Below, one piece after another: positions 33,826 to 44,785 of a stretch of DNA of 64,000 nt (its first letter is position 1; the number at the start of each line of letters is the position of its first letter). This DNA is from Hyaloraphidium curvatum SAG 235-1 (Eukaryota; Fungi; Monoblepharomycota), in assembly GCA_025558095.1 (NCBI GenBank), contig JAIVFI010000004.1, forward strand, positions 558,001 through 622,000, read 5' to 3'. Below the pieces are notes generated by a model. The model worked only from the letters and a program-made list of their open reading frames with translations, did no database searches and was not told the DNA's origin. A program made the translations under genes and the position numbers.

Positions 33826-34220
33826 GAAGGTGGGGATCAGGGCGAGCGCTGCGCCCCGTCAAAGCCCAGGCCCCATTTCGTCGCAACTGATTACCCGCAC
33901 ATGCAGCGCGAATCTAATACGCGGTTTCAAAGTTTGCCTTGGCTCGTGACCTTCCGCTGTACCAGGGGACGATCGATCTTTGGTCATTCATCGCTGGATG
34001 CTGGGGACGCGTGGCCGCCTTGAGACGATTCCGTCGGCATCCCCTGAAATAACAATACGTCGTACATACAGATCAAATGCAAAATGCGGTAGAAAGCGGT
34101 GAATCTATCTATTCGCAGCTGGCATCCAGATGAGCGCCGTCGGGAGCGGGTGGACGAGGCCCGCGGACAAGTCAAGCTTTGTCGCCGCCCCGAATTCACG
34201 CTTGTGTCCCGGCCAAGACC

Positions 34221-35633
34221 ATGCCGCGGCCCGCATTCTCCGTCGCTGCGGACTCCTTCCCCCTGTGGGAGGGCTCCGCCGAGTACCGGTGGCGGCTCCT
34301 GCGGTATCCCCACGAGCCGGTGGAAGTCCAGCGCGGCGCCGGGGCCGCGTCGCGCGTCATGCCGCCGCTGCACTTCGCGGCCAGCATCGGCGACGCGGCA
34401 GCGGTGCGCGAGCTGATGCGCTACGGCGCCGAGGCCGACTTTTGCTTCGAGCACGCGGGCCACGCGTCGACGCCGCTGGGCGAGGCGTTCTCGGCGCTGC
34501 TGGCAACCAGACTCCAAAGCAGGCTGCTGCAGGACGGCAACGACGGGGCGGCCGAGCAGCGGTACCTCGCAGCCGCACGCGCGCTGCTCGAGTGCGGCGC
34601 GGACCCGGAATCGTTCGCGCTCCCGGCCTGCTCCTGCACAACGTGCCGCGCCAACCTCGTCCCGCAGCTCTTCCCGGGCGGCGTGCGGTGCCTCCACGCC
34701 GCCGCCATCGCGGGCAGTCCCGCCGCGGCGGCGCTGCTGCTCGAATTCGGCGCCGACGCGGACCGTAGGGACCCCGGGGGCAAGCTGGCCGCCGAGATAT
34801 TCCGGCCCGCGGCGCGCAGGGCATTCCTCGCGGCCGTGATGAAGTTCCGCGGGCGACCGCGCCCGGAGAAGCTCTGCCCGTGTGCCTCGGGCCTGCCTCA
34901 TGCTTCGTGCCACGCGGAAAGGCGGCCCGAGGGCCACCCGTTCCCGGACGACATGCTGTGTCCGTGCGGGTACCGCTACGGGCAGAGCTACGGGAGCTGT
35001 TGCGGCAAGCGCGGGATCAAGTGGGCGCAGGACGACGTCCTGGCCGTGGGCAGGGTGCAGAAGATCGCCCCATTGTCGGCAGAGCTGCTCACCGCGGTCA
35101 AGGAGGAGCGTGAGCGCGAGCTCGGGCGGCCCCTCCGCCCGGACGACCGTCTTTTTTCGCCGGAAGTCGTCGGCGAAGAACGCGTGGCGCGGACAAAGGC
35201 GCTTCTGGCGGAGATGGGGTGCCATCCGGCCTACGTCCACTGCCAGGCGGTGTGTGATTTTCAGTGGCTACCGGGCAACATGCACCTCGTCGACCGCGGG
35301 GACCTGGCCAAGCGGGTCGGGGAGTGGAACGAAGCTTTGGAGGGCTTCCTGGAAGGACGGAAGCGCGCCGGCGCCTCCATGGCCGATATCGAGGATATCC
35401 GGCGGCGCTTCTCGGTCTCGCTGCAACTCCCCTGCGGCGGCTGCCGGCGGACCGAGCCGAAACCTTGGGCGTTCAAAAAGTGCGGCGGGTGCTGGGTGCG
35501 CTACTGCTCCGCCGAGTGCCAGCGCCGGGATTGGAGCTCGGGACACAAGGATGCGTGCCTGCGTGGCAAACCGATGACGCTCGAGGTTGCCGAGGCATGG
35601 ATGCGGGAGGGGTGGGCGGTGCCGCCTCCGTAG
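34221..35633 (+). CDS. Ankyrin repeat + two SEC-C-like motifs + MYND zinc finger protein
   Basis: PLHFAASIGD, LHAAAIAG..LLLEFGAD; CPCASG..HASCH and CPCG..YGSCC; CGGC..CGGC..YCSAECQRRDW..GHKDAC. Confidence 0.85.
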   Translation: MPRPAFSVAADSFPLWEGSAEYRWRLLRYPHEPVEVQRGAGAASRVMPPLHFAASIGDAAAVRELMRYGAEADFCFEHAGHASTPLGEAFSALLATRLQSRLLQDGNDGAAEQRYLAAARALLECGADPESFALPACSCTTCRANLVPQLFPGGVRCLHAAAIAGSPAAAALLLEFGADADRRDPGGKLAAEIFRPAARRAFLAAVMKFRGRPRPEKLCPCASGLPHASCHAERRPEGHPFPDDMLCPCGYRYGQSYGSCCGKRGIKWAQDDVLAVGRVQKIAPLSAELLTAVKEERERELGRPLRPDDRLFSPEVVGEERVARTKALLAEMGCHPAYVHCQAVCDFQWLPGNMHLVDRGDLAKRVGEWNEALEGFLEGRKRAGASMADIEDIRRRFSVSLQLPCGGCRRTEPKPWAFKKCGGCWVRYCSAECQRRDWSSGHKDACLRGKPMTLEVAEAWMREGWAVPPP

Positions 35634-35713
35634 GAGTTTGATTTCTTCTGCATTGCTCCATGGATGCCACTGCTGTTCAATGTCTACATCCTGCACGAGT
35701 CCGTTCCCGTCCA

Positions 35714-36212
35714 CTACCGCTCGTCGTAAAGCAGCACTGCTTGCCTCGAGGCACAAATGTAGTACCCTTTCCTGGTAAAAAAGCTCAGCGAAATGCCTAA
35801 TTCCTTTGTGCCGAGCTGCTATGTACCTGTTTGGGGGGTTGTGTGTCGCACACAGTGGTACAAGGTAGCACCCATAAATGCCCGACTGAAAGACCACATG
35901 GCCGCCCTGCGAACCCCTGTTGGGGCATCTCTTGCCGGTGTTATTGATGTAGGAGCACCTCTCGTCCGGGATCATCCCCGCATCCATAACGGCATTTCGC
36001 CAATCTCCAATCCACGTAGAACGGCGGTCTTTGCCAGAGTCGGCGAGATTCATGACACAGCTCCCAGAGAGATCGTGAACATTAAGAATCTTCTTGTCGA
36101 TGCGGAAGTGAGCTTCGCCCCATCTGAGCTCCGCTGTGTTGTCGGATGGTCTTCTGTCGATAGAAGAAAACCGTGGCTGCAACAACCTTGCCGACTTGAG
36201 GCTGAGGTCCAT
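35714..36212 (-). CDS. Small HNH/His-Me finger-like protein
   Basis: W..DW...C.......C....GGHV.......YLVPLCATHN. Intron 35772-35826 (GTACAT..GCTGAG..TACCAG) gives NRKGYYICASRQAVLLYDER* and removes the apparent overlap with the neighbouring gene. Confidence 0.6.
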
Positions 36213-36835
36213 AGTAGAGAAAAGAATGGGATGTCTGCGGAGATGTTGTTACTCCAATGTCCCGTCGGTGGAAGCAAGCCTAATACCGACTCCACCTGAC
36301 AAGGTGATATGATATGCGGGATGAAACTCTAAACGGGAGCGCCGGATTCTGCTGAAGACGATGTGTCTTTACAGCGGACGCACTCCCGCTTATATGCCTA
36401 CTACGCGTTCCCACTGCGCCTCGTGTGACTCCGACTGTCCGACCGACTGCGCTATATCACGACTTCGCTAATACTGCGCCACATCGATCCCAATATCGCT
36501 CTCCGCTCTTTTGAGCCACGTGCGCCACGATAGCTATATATCAGAAACAAAAATTGCTTTTACTTTGAAAATCAGCTCATTCCGTCTGGCTCGTGGCGAT
36601 GAGTGAGCCTGAACTTGTTGGCCACCGGTCGTCGCTAATGCTGCACAGGTGCAACCGTTCCTTAGCCATCCAGTCGTCAGTACCATCATCAGCACAATCT
36701 GTAGATGTTACTCACCGACGCGTGGGTGGAAGATGGCAGCGCTGTCTTTTGGTGATCCCTCTCGGTGCTCGCTGGCGCCGCCGCCAGTCGCATCCGCGCT
36801 GTGACCAACGTCCCTTTTCCGGCAGCTCGCGGCCG

Positions 36836-39738
36836 ATGGCACGCCGGTCGCTCCTCTCCGCGTGCTTCCGCACGTGGTTCCTGCCGCCGGCGCGCGACCG
36901 GTGGTGGGCGGCGGCGGTGCGGCAGGCCGTGCTCGTCGCGCTCGCGTACTTCCTGGGGTCGGCTGCGCGCGACTGGCGCGACGCGGGCGGCGGGCTGCCG
37001 GGGCCGCTGCTGGATTTCATAGACTTCATTGGCCTGGGGCCGGACATCTCGATTGCGCCGCGGAGTTATCCGGGCAGCCTGGTGGACCTGCACCCCGTGC
37101 CGCGCGTCGCCCTGACGCCCGAGGAGGACGCGCGCGCCGCCGGCGGGAAGTGGCCGCCGCGCAAGGGCCCCCCGCGCCGCGTGCTGTTCCTCACCTACGA
37201 GGTCGCCGGCCCGCACATGAACGGCGGTATCGGCACCGCCTTCCGCAACCTCGCCGAGGCGCTGGCCGCGCGCGGGCACAACGTCACCGTCGCGCTGCTC
37301 ACAGGAGCGCACGCCAACCGCAACAGCGGCAAGACGTTCGACGGATGGGTCGCCGCGTTCGCCGCGCGCGGCGTGCGGCTGGAGGCGCTGCCGGACCACC
37401 CGGGGCACTGGGCGGCCGCCCGCGTCTCGTACGACGTGGCCAAGGCCCGCCAGGCCTACGAGTGGCTCAGAGACCGCGAGCACGACTACGATTTCGTGCA
37501 CTTCCACGAGTGGCGCGGCGCGGGGTACTACGCCATGGAGGCCAAGCGCCTGGGTCTGCGCTTCCAGAACACACTGCTGGTCGCCGGCGCCCACGGCCCG
37601 GACCTGTGGGCGCAGCTGGCGTCCATGAGCTTTCCTGGCGAGGACTCGCACGAGCCGGCCTACATCGAGGCCAAGACCATCGAGCTGGCAGACGTGCTGG
37701 TGAGCCCGTCGCGGTACATGGTCGAGTGGATGGACAAGCTTAGGTGGCCGCTGCCGGCGCGGATCGTCGCCGTGCCCAACGTGCTGGGCGGCGCGTTCGC
37801 CGCCGCCCGCCCGCGCAAACCAACCACCGTGAGAGCCAAGGAGTTTGTATTTTTCGGTCGGCTCGAGATGCGCAAGGGCCTCATCGTCTTCCGCGACGCC
37901 ATGCTCCGCCTCCAAAAAGACCTCGGCCTCTCGGCCTTCAAGGTCTCGCTGATCGGCAAGGTCGAAAAGCGCTCCCTCGTTGACGACCTCCCCCGCGATT
38001 GGCTCGTCATGACCAACCACTCGATCGAGACCGCGCACGCGTACCTCCTCGGCGGCACCGGCCGTGTGGCCGTCGTCCCCAGCCTGGTCGACAACTCCCC
38101 TTACACGGTGCTCGAGTGCCTCGCGGCGGGGGTGCCGCTGCTGGCCTCGGACTCGGGGGGCACCGCGGAGCTGTTCCGCAAGGACTTTCTGGCGACGAAC
38201 ACGTTCAGGCCCGACGAGGCGGGGCTGTACGAGGTGGCGAAAAGGGCGGTGGAGGAGGGGGTGCCGGTCGCGGCGCCTGCGGCCGAGCCGGGGGAGGTGG
38301 CCGAGGCGTGGGGGCGTTGGCACGAGTCGGTCCCCGTGCGGTCTTCGCCTCCCTCGCGGGACGTCAAAATCTCGGTGGTGGCGAGCGCATGCAGGGTCGG
38401 CGCCGCCGAGGCGGTGGCGGCGATGCGCGGGCCGCTGGCGGGTGCTGGGGAGGTGGTTTTGGCGCACAAGGGGCCGGCGCCAAAGGGGTTGGACCTGCCC
38501 AGGTGGTGGAAGCTGGTGGAGATGGACGCTTGGGACACGGCCAAGGCGTGGAACGCGGGGGCAAAGGCGGCCAAGGGGGAGGTGCTGCTTTTTTATGACA
38601 TCGAGTCGATGCGTGGGTTGGCCTGCCGGCGCGTGGGGCCGACTATATTACTGACCTTGTCTTCTTTGCAGCCGAGATCGACTTTGCCCCGATCAAGAAA
38701 GCGTTCTCGCAGCCCAACGTCGACCTGCTCACCATCGCGAGCTACCCCAAGGGCAACGACACCCTCGCCTTCTCCTCGATCGTCCCGCAGGCCTGCGGCG
38801 CCTCCACCCTCCTCCTCACCGAGCGTCACGTCCGCCGCGGGCGCTCCCTCGCCGTGCGTCGCGCCCTGTTCGACCGCTTCGGCGGCTTCGACCTCGGCCC
38901 GGACGACGCCCAGGCGGTGCTCAACTTCCTCGTGCGGGCCGAGGTCGCACGCCTGCCCTTGCACCTTCTCCCGGACCCCGTGCCGGGGCGCGAACTGCCC
39001 CCGCGGTTCTGGGGCAAGCTGTTGCCCAACGAGATCAAAATGGCGGAAAAGGCTATCGCGTACAACGCACTGGCGAGGTACTTCCCGCAGGATCTGGGGC
39101 TGGCCGTCATCGTGGCGGACCAGAAGGCCAAGCGGGACAAGTACCTCGTCGCCGACTCGCGCAAGGACTTTTCGCAGCACCAGGGGTTCAAATCGTGGTG
39201 GTACGGGTACCGCTCCCGCGACCCGGGCACGGGCGCGATCGGCGAGCTGGAGCTGCTCAACTCGAGCCGCAAGGTGTGCTTCAACGACTGGGACTGCGAG
39301 CTGCGGCACGACATGGGCGAGCGCGCCGAGCTGGGCAACATCTTCATCGGGGACAGGAAGCAGCACCCGATGGTGCACTTCCCCCGGGGCAGGGCGCCGA
39401 CGGCCTACATGGCCGTGCGGGCGTGGGTGGCCACGACGCAGGGGGACAAGGCGGTGCACGTGACGATCAAGCGGGTGCCGGGGAGCAGCTGCGGGGACGG
39501 GGTGGACGTGCGGCTGGTCCGGGAGGGGGAGCTGGTCATGGACAGGCTCATGGCGCTGGATCTCGAGGACAAGGAGATGATCGACGACGTGGCCGAGTTC
39601 CACGTGCGGGTGCCGATGGAGATTGGGCAGCTGCTGGAGCTGCAGGTGGACCCGAGAAAGAACCACGATTGCGACGGGATGCTCGTCGACATTGTGATAC
39701 GGGACATGAAGTGGGACCTCGATGAGGAAGACCAATGA
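36836..39738 (+). CDS. Membrane-anchored glycosyltransferase: GT4 (GT-B) domain + degenerate GT2-like domain + C-terminal beta domain
   Basis: N-terminal hydrophobic segment; NGGIGTA, LAARGHNVTV, FFGRLEMRKG, PSLVDNSPYTVLECLAAGVP..SDSGG; WNAGAKAAKGEVLLFYD, FDRFGGFD. Intron 38613-38671. Confidence 0.85.
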
Positions 39739-39780
39739 ATGATGCGACAAAGCTCTATGTTGCTAGTGCGTCGGGGTTGT

Positions 39781-42197
39781 TCAATGGCCGGCAAAAGCGG
39801 AGAACCAGCGCCGGCCGGAACCGCGGTCCGAAAACCACGAGTCCCCGCCGTCACCTCCGCCCCTCTTGCTTCCGCCCCGGTCGCCGAACCCGCCCCGGTC
39901 GCCGAAACGGCCACGTTCGCCGCGGTCGCCGAACCCGCCGCGGTCGCGGAATCCCCCGCGGTCGCCCCACGAACCTCGATCGCCAAACCCGGCGCTCCGC
40001 CCGAACCTCCCACCGCCGCCGAAGCTGCGCCCGCCGCCGAAGCCGCGCCCGCCGCCGAAGCGGTCAAAGTCCGCCGGCCGTGCTGAACGGAGCTTGCCCG
40101 TGACCTCGTCCACTTCCTCTACGACAAGGTCCTGCAGCTTGTCCATCACGTCGTCAGCCTGGTCCGAAGGCACCTCGAAGATGATGGCGACCTGCTGCTC
40201 GTCGCGGTACTGGGCCACCGCCGAGCTCATGATGGCCGACGTCAGCTCGCTCGAAAGCCCGGCAGCCTCGCACGCCGAACGGAGCTCCCTCGTGCTGTGG
40301 CACTCTGTCACCATGAGCCCAGTGAAACCGTCGCGCCCGGTGAGGACGCCGCGCGTGTGCGCAGCGCCGACCTTGGCGTGCTGGTGCTGGTGGCTGGAAC
40401 CGACGACCGCGGCGAGCGCCATCGAGACGGCGACCACGGGATCGTGCGACGCCTTCCTCTCGAGCAACTTGCGGGCGAACTCTTCGTAGGGCTTGGCCCC
40501 CTGCGGCGAGATTTTGTTGATCTTGTCCAGGGCCTCCTGCGCGACTTCGGCGATGATGTCCTTGGGCTGCACCACCGTTTGCGTGAAGGTGATGCCGGCG
40601 AAATCCGCCAGCGAGTACAGCGCCTTCTCTTCGACGTTCTTGGGCTTGAAGAGGGTGATGGAGGTGCCCGTGGTGTTGGCGCGGCCGGTGCGGCCGGACC
40701 GGTGCACGAAGCTCTCCTGGTTGTTGGGCGGCGTGAAGTGGACCACGAGATTCGTGGCCGGAATGTCCAGTCCCCTGGCCGCCACGTCCGTGGCGACCAT
40801 GATCGGCACGCTGCCGTCGCGGAAGGACCTCAGGATATGCTCGCGGCGCGACTGGTCCACGTCGCCGTGCAGGCCGGCGACGCGCTGACCGACGACGCCC
40901 GCGGCCTTTCCCTGCAGCGCCTCGACGATGAGGTCGACCTCGCGCTTCGTGTTGGCAAAGACCAAGGTGCGATCGCCCTTGGCAAAGGCGCGGATTGCTT
41001 CGGCTAGGGTCTGGCACCGCGCGGTGAGAGGGTCCAGGGAGGAAGACGCCACGGGGATGGCATAGTGGGTGATGGTGTCGGCCATCTTGTTGTCCGAGTC
41101 GCCCACGAGGTCGATCGTCACGTGATCCTTGCGCAGGAACCGCTTCGAGGTCTTCTTGACCCAGTCGGGAAACGTCGCCGAGAAGAGCAGGACCTGCAGA
41201 GGGTCCGTTCCGCTTTCTTCGCCAGACTGCCCCGCAGCCTGCCGGGAATCCTTGACGGCCTTGATCACCTCTTCCATGTCCTCAACGAAGCCCATGTCCA
41301 GCATCATGTCGGCCTCGTCCATGACGAACGAGTCTACGGCATCGAGGCGCAGGGTCCTCCGCTGGAGATGGTCCAGCAAACGGCCGGGAGTTCCAACGAC
41401 GACGTCCACACCCATGCGGAGGGCACCCTCCTGGGGTCCGAATGGGGAGCCCCCGTAGACGGCCAGGACCCGCAGGTTCAAAGGTTGGCAGAGGAAGTTG
41501 AACTCGGAAGCAATCTGCTTCGCAAGCTCGCGCGTCGGACACATGACGAGGACGCGCGGAGCGCGCCCCCGCGCCGGTCCGGCGGCGCGCTCGGTCGAGA
41601 TCATCTTCTCCACGAGCGGGAGGGCAAAGGCGAGCGTCTTGCCCGTTCCGGTCTCTGGAGCGACAAGAAGCGTCAGAAACGACTTCGAACAATCAACAGC
41701 GAGCGCAACCGACTTGCTCGGCCGACGAGATCCTTGCCGTCCAGGACCGTCTCCAAACAGGCGGCCTGGATAGGGAAGAGGCTCACGATGCCCCTCTCCC
41801 GCTTCAGGATGTCCTTGATCCTGTTCGAAAGCTGGAACTGCGAAATAGGGACGGAGCTTTTTGCCGCCGCCTCTGTTGCCGACTCTTCGGCGTCGGCAAG
41901 TTCGGCTGGTCCCGGGACGCGGCCTCGGCGGGCGGTCGTCCTGCCCTTTGCCTCGGCTTCCATGCCGAGCAGGTCGAACTCTGCCTCAAAGTCCTCATCG
42001 TCCTCCTCCGGTTCGCGCAGCCGGGCCTGCTGAAGCTTCGGGGCGGCGTGCGACACTGCGCGGCGCGACTCGGCGAGAGAACGTCCATCGGTGCGCCCCA
42101 GCACGTTGGGAACCGCCGCGACAGCAGCCGCCCTGACTGGCGCCGCCGAAGCAAGGCACAGGCGCGCCGTTGCGGCAACGACTCGCGGTGCGCTCAT
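39781..42197 (-). CDS. DEAD-box RNA helicase (DDX21/RH3-like) with RGG/GGFGDR tail and probable mitochondrial presequence
   Basis: LFPIQ, AKTGTGKT (across intron 41655-41713), PTRELA, DEAD, FSAT, ARGLD, HRSGRTGRA. Confidence 0.93.
39860..40070 (-). repeat. Coding GGFGDR/GGRxF low-complexity repeats
   Basis: Repeated cggtcgccgaa/ccgccgccgaa units in the helicase C-terminus. Confidence 0.75.
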
Positions 42198-42284
42198 GGT
42201 GGAGAGCGGTGGAAGTCTGTGGCGTTTTTGTCGCGTGTGCTTGTTTGACGACTCGGGCCAGCAGCCAGCATCATGTCGCTTCAA

Positions 42285-43520
42285 TCAAGCAAGCTCCACG
42301 CCCAAGCCGATACATTCCACGACGAAGCTATCGGTTCCCGGCACAGCTTCCACCGTCCACTTGACCCCGCATAGGCGCTCGGCGAGCCACATCGCGGTCC
42401 TCGTGTGCGAAGTGATCGGCCCCGTCCGGTACCTGCTGATCCCCTCGGCCAGCGTGGCGAAAATAACGAGCTGGTCCTGGAGGTACTCGTCCACGCAGCC
42501 ACCCTCGGCCCAATTGCGGCACAGCTCGTCCATGGCGCTGTTTGCGACGTCCTCGGGCTTTGTCCGGAACGTGCCCAACGACGACCCGGCGATCCGGCAC
42601 GACGTCGACGTGCGGATGACGATCAAGCAACCGTAAGCGTCGTCTCCCTGTGCGGAATCGGTGACGACCGATGTCTCGCACGGAACGCCCGGGAAACGGA
42701 AAGCCAGCTCGCCCAAAGCCTTCAAAAGGCGAGCCTTGGTGGTGTTTTGCGAGTGCTTTCCCGAGGTGAAGGCGTTTATCGTGATCCCCGTTGCCTCTCC
42801 CCTGTCCAAGATCTCCAAGGCTTGGAGCCGGCGACGGCCCGCGGCGCGGAATGCCGACGGCCTGACCCGCAGCACGCAGTGACCGGCTCCTTTGGGGTAG
42901 TATCCCCGCGAGATCACCTGGAGCTCAATCGCCTCGGCCGGGAAACCTCCAAACCGCCGGAGGACGGGCAAGAGTACGTCCGTGAAATAATCCAAAGGAG
43001 GTGCGAGCGTCGCGTGGGTGCCTCCGCGAAGGGACACCTCGCTGTCGCCGGGAGCAAAGAGGAGGACCGGCAGGGCGCCCTGGATCAGGAGCACGATCGA
43101 TCCCGCGGTGCCGGTGTCCGCCACGAAGCTCCCCGAGGATAGCTTGGTCGGTCGGAACTCGATTTCCGTGCTCCCGACCTCCAGGCCCCGGCAGCCGGCT
43201 CCGGAAATGGATTGCAGGAGCCGGAGCCCCGCCAAATGCTGCGGGCGGAGTCCGATCCTGTCGCGTTTCTTCCGGATGCTGGATACGGCGAGTGGGACGC
43301 CGAGGATCGACCAGTACGACGAGCCGTTCCGGAGAATCTGGCCTCCGCCTTCATCCTGCGAGCCGTCGATGTGAATGGTCTTATTTCGGGCAGAAGGAGG
43401 CGCGGGCCGTCCTTCGCGACGGGGCGAAGCGTCGTTCGTCCCCTCCGCGGAAGACGCGGCCGCCGTTCCTCCTGGCTCCTCAAGTTCCTCATACGACGCC
43501 TTCAGAGTATCAAGGGCCAT
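42285..43520 (-). CDS. RTCA: RNA 3'-terminal phosphate cyclase
   Basis: IDGSQDEGGGQILR, GLRPQH, RGYYPKG, VDEYLQDQL and the catalytic-His motif TSHTRT. Confidence 0.9.
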   Translation of the reverse strand: MALDTLKASYEELEEPGGTAAASSAEGTNDASPRREGRPAPPSARNKTIHIDGSQDEGGGQILRNGSSYWSILGVPLAVSSIRKKRDRIGLRPQHLAGLRLLQSISGAGCRGLEVGSTEIEFRPTKLSSGSFVADTGTAGSIVLLIQGALPVLLFAPGDSEVSLRGGTHATLAPPLDYFTDVLLPVLRRFGGFPAEAIELQVISRGYYPKGAGHCVLRVRPSAFRAAGRRRLQALEILDRGEATGITINAFTSGKHSQNTTKARLLKALGELAFRFPGVPCETSVVTDSAQGDDAYGCLIVIRTSTSCRIAGSSLGTFRTKPEDVANSAMDELCRNWAEGGCVDEYLQDQLVIFATLAEGISRYRTGPITSHTRTAMWLAERLCGVKWTVEAVPGTDSFVVECIGLGVELA

Positions 43521-43652
43521 TGGAGGCCCGCTACCGTCCGCCTTGGGCCGACACGCGACCAAGGAAGTTGGCCGCGTCGCCGCCCCGCCACTTGCCCGCC
43601 ACCCGTCTCAAAAAGTGTCGGGAACGTCGCCGCGCTGTCTCCCTTTCAAACC

Positions 43653-44287
43653 ATGGCCGCCACCGACATCGTCCGCGGAGGTTGCAACTGCGGCCAGATC
43701 ACCTACGAGATCCGCCTGCCCGTGGGGCCGGTGGCCATCTGCCACTGCCGCAACTGCCGGCGCACGGGCGGGTCCTTCTTTTCCGTCAACCTCGTCGTCC
43801 CGAACGTGGGCTCCACAAGCTGCCATGGCACCTCGACGGAGCGCTGATGGTGGTCGTGTCCAGGATCGTATCGACATGAAGGGCGAGCTCGCGAATTACG
43901 ACGACGGCGACACGTACCACGGCCAGGCCGTGCACCGCAAGTTCTGCGCGCGGTGTCACAGCCAGATCGGCAACGTCAACGACAGCATGCCCGGGGTGTG
44001 GATCATCAAAACCGGGGGGATCGAGGACGCGGACAGGGTGGGCTGCCGAACCGCCCCGAGGGCCGGTGTTCAATCGCAAACTCACACCGATCGACGTGCA
44101 GCCCAAGCTGCCGAAACCCAGCGTGGAGCTGTGGACCGATTCGGCGGTGTTCAGCCCGGACTTGCGTGGGTTGCGGGGCCGTTTACTCTGTCTGTTCCCA
44201 GCTGATGCCCCGGGCACAGTCGCCGGCGTCACCAAAATTCCGAGGCAGGAGCTCCCGGCAGGATCGACGGGGAATCCAAGGGCTTGA
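43653..44287 (+). CDS. GFA/CENP-V/Mss4-like zinc-binding protein
   Basis: GGCNCGQI.Y, CHCRNCRR.GG, RKFCARCHS; about three short introns (~43806-43863, ~44038-44101, ~44166-44201). Confidence 0.85.
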
Positions 44288-44785
44288 GCCTGCACAGGCT
44301 TGTTCGCGGTACATGGAGTGAGGGGCCGGGAGGAGAGTGACGGGCATTAGTTGACCGCTATGGAACTAGCCGCCTCTGCCCGAGGAGCTCTCCGACGCTT
44401 GACCGAGCACTGCACTACCAGACGTGGCTTGGGAGAGGCGATGCGCGGGCGGATGGCCGTTCCTGGGCGCGCGGTGGCTGTCGGCTTGGTAATGCTCGAT
44501 CGGGCTGTGGGACCCGTTTTTCCTCCCACTGCCCCTCACGCCCCAGGAGCGACGTTTCCGGCCCCCAAAAGCCGCGGCCTTTCATTAGCATCTTATCTCC
44601 TGTTCCGCGGGGGCATCGTTGTCGTCTCCTCGTTCCCCTTTGTCGCGTCGGGGGTTGTCGACGTCAATCGGCTGCGCCTCGCGGGCGGCTGGCTTTACAA
44701 CCTCGACCTCCGCCCGCTTCGCCCCTTCTAGAAACCGCGGCGGCCGGCCAAAAGGACGCGGCCGCCGAGTCGCCGCGTCATCGAA

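Noticed and set aside
35268-35713. Apparent long antisense overlap between ORF 35268-36212 and the ankyrin-MYND gene
   Set aside because: Intron 35772-35826 ends the minus-strand gene at 35714, so there is no overlap.
42285-43520. Rcl1 (cyclase-like) instead of a true cyclase
   Set aside because: GGGQILR, PQH and the catalytic His motif are present, as in RtcA.
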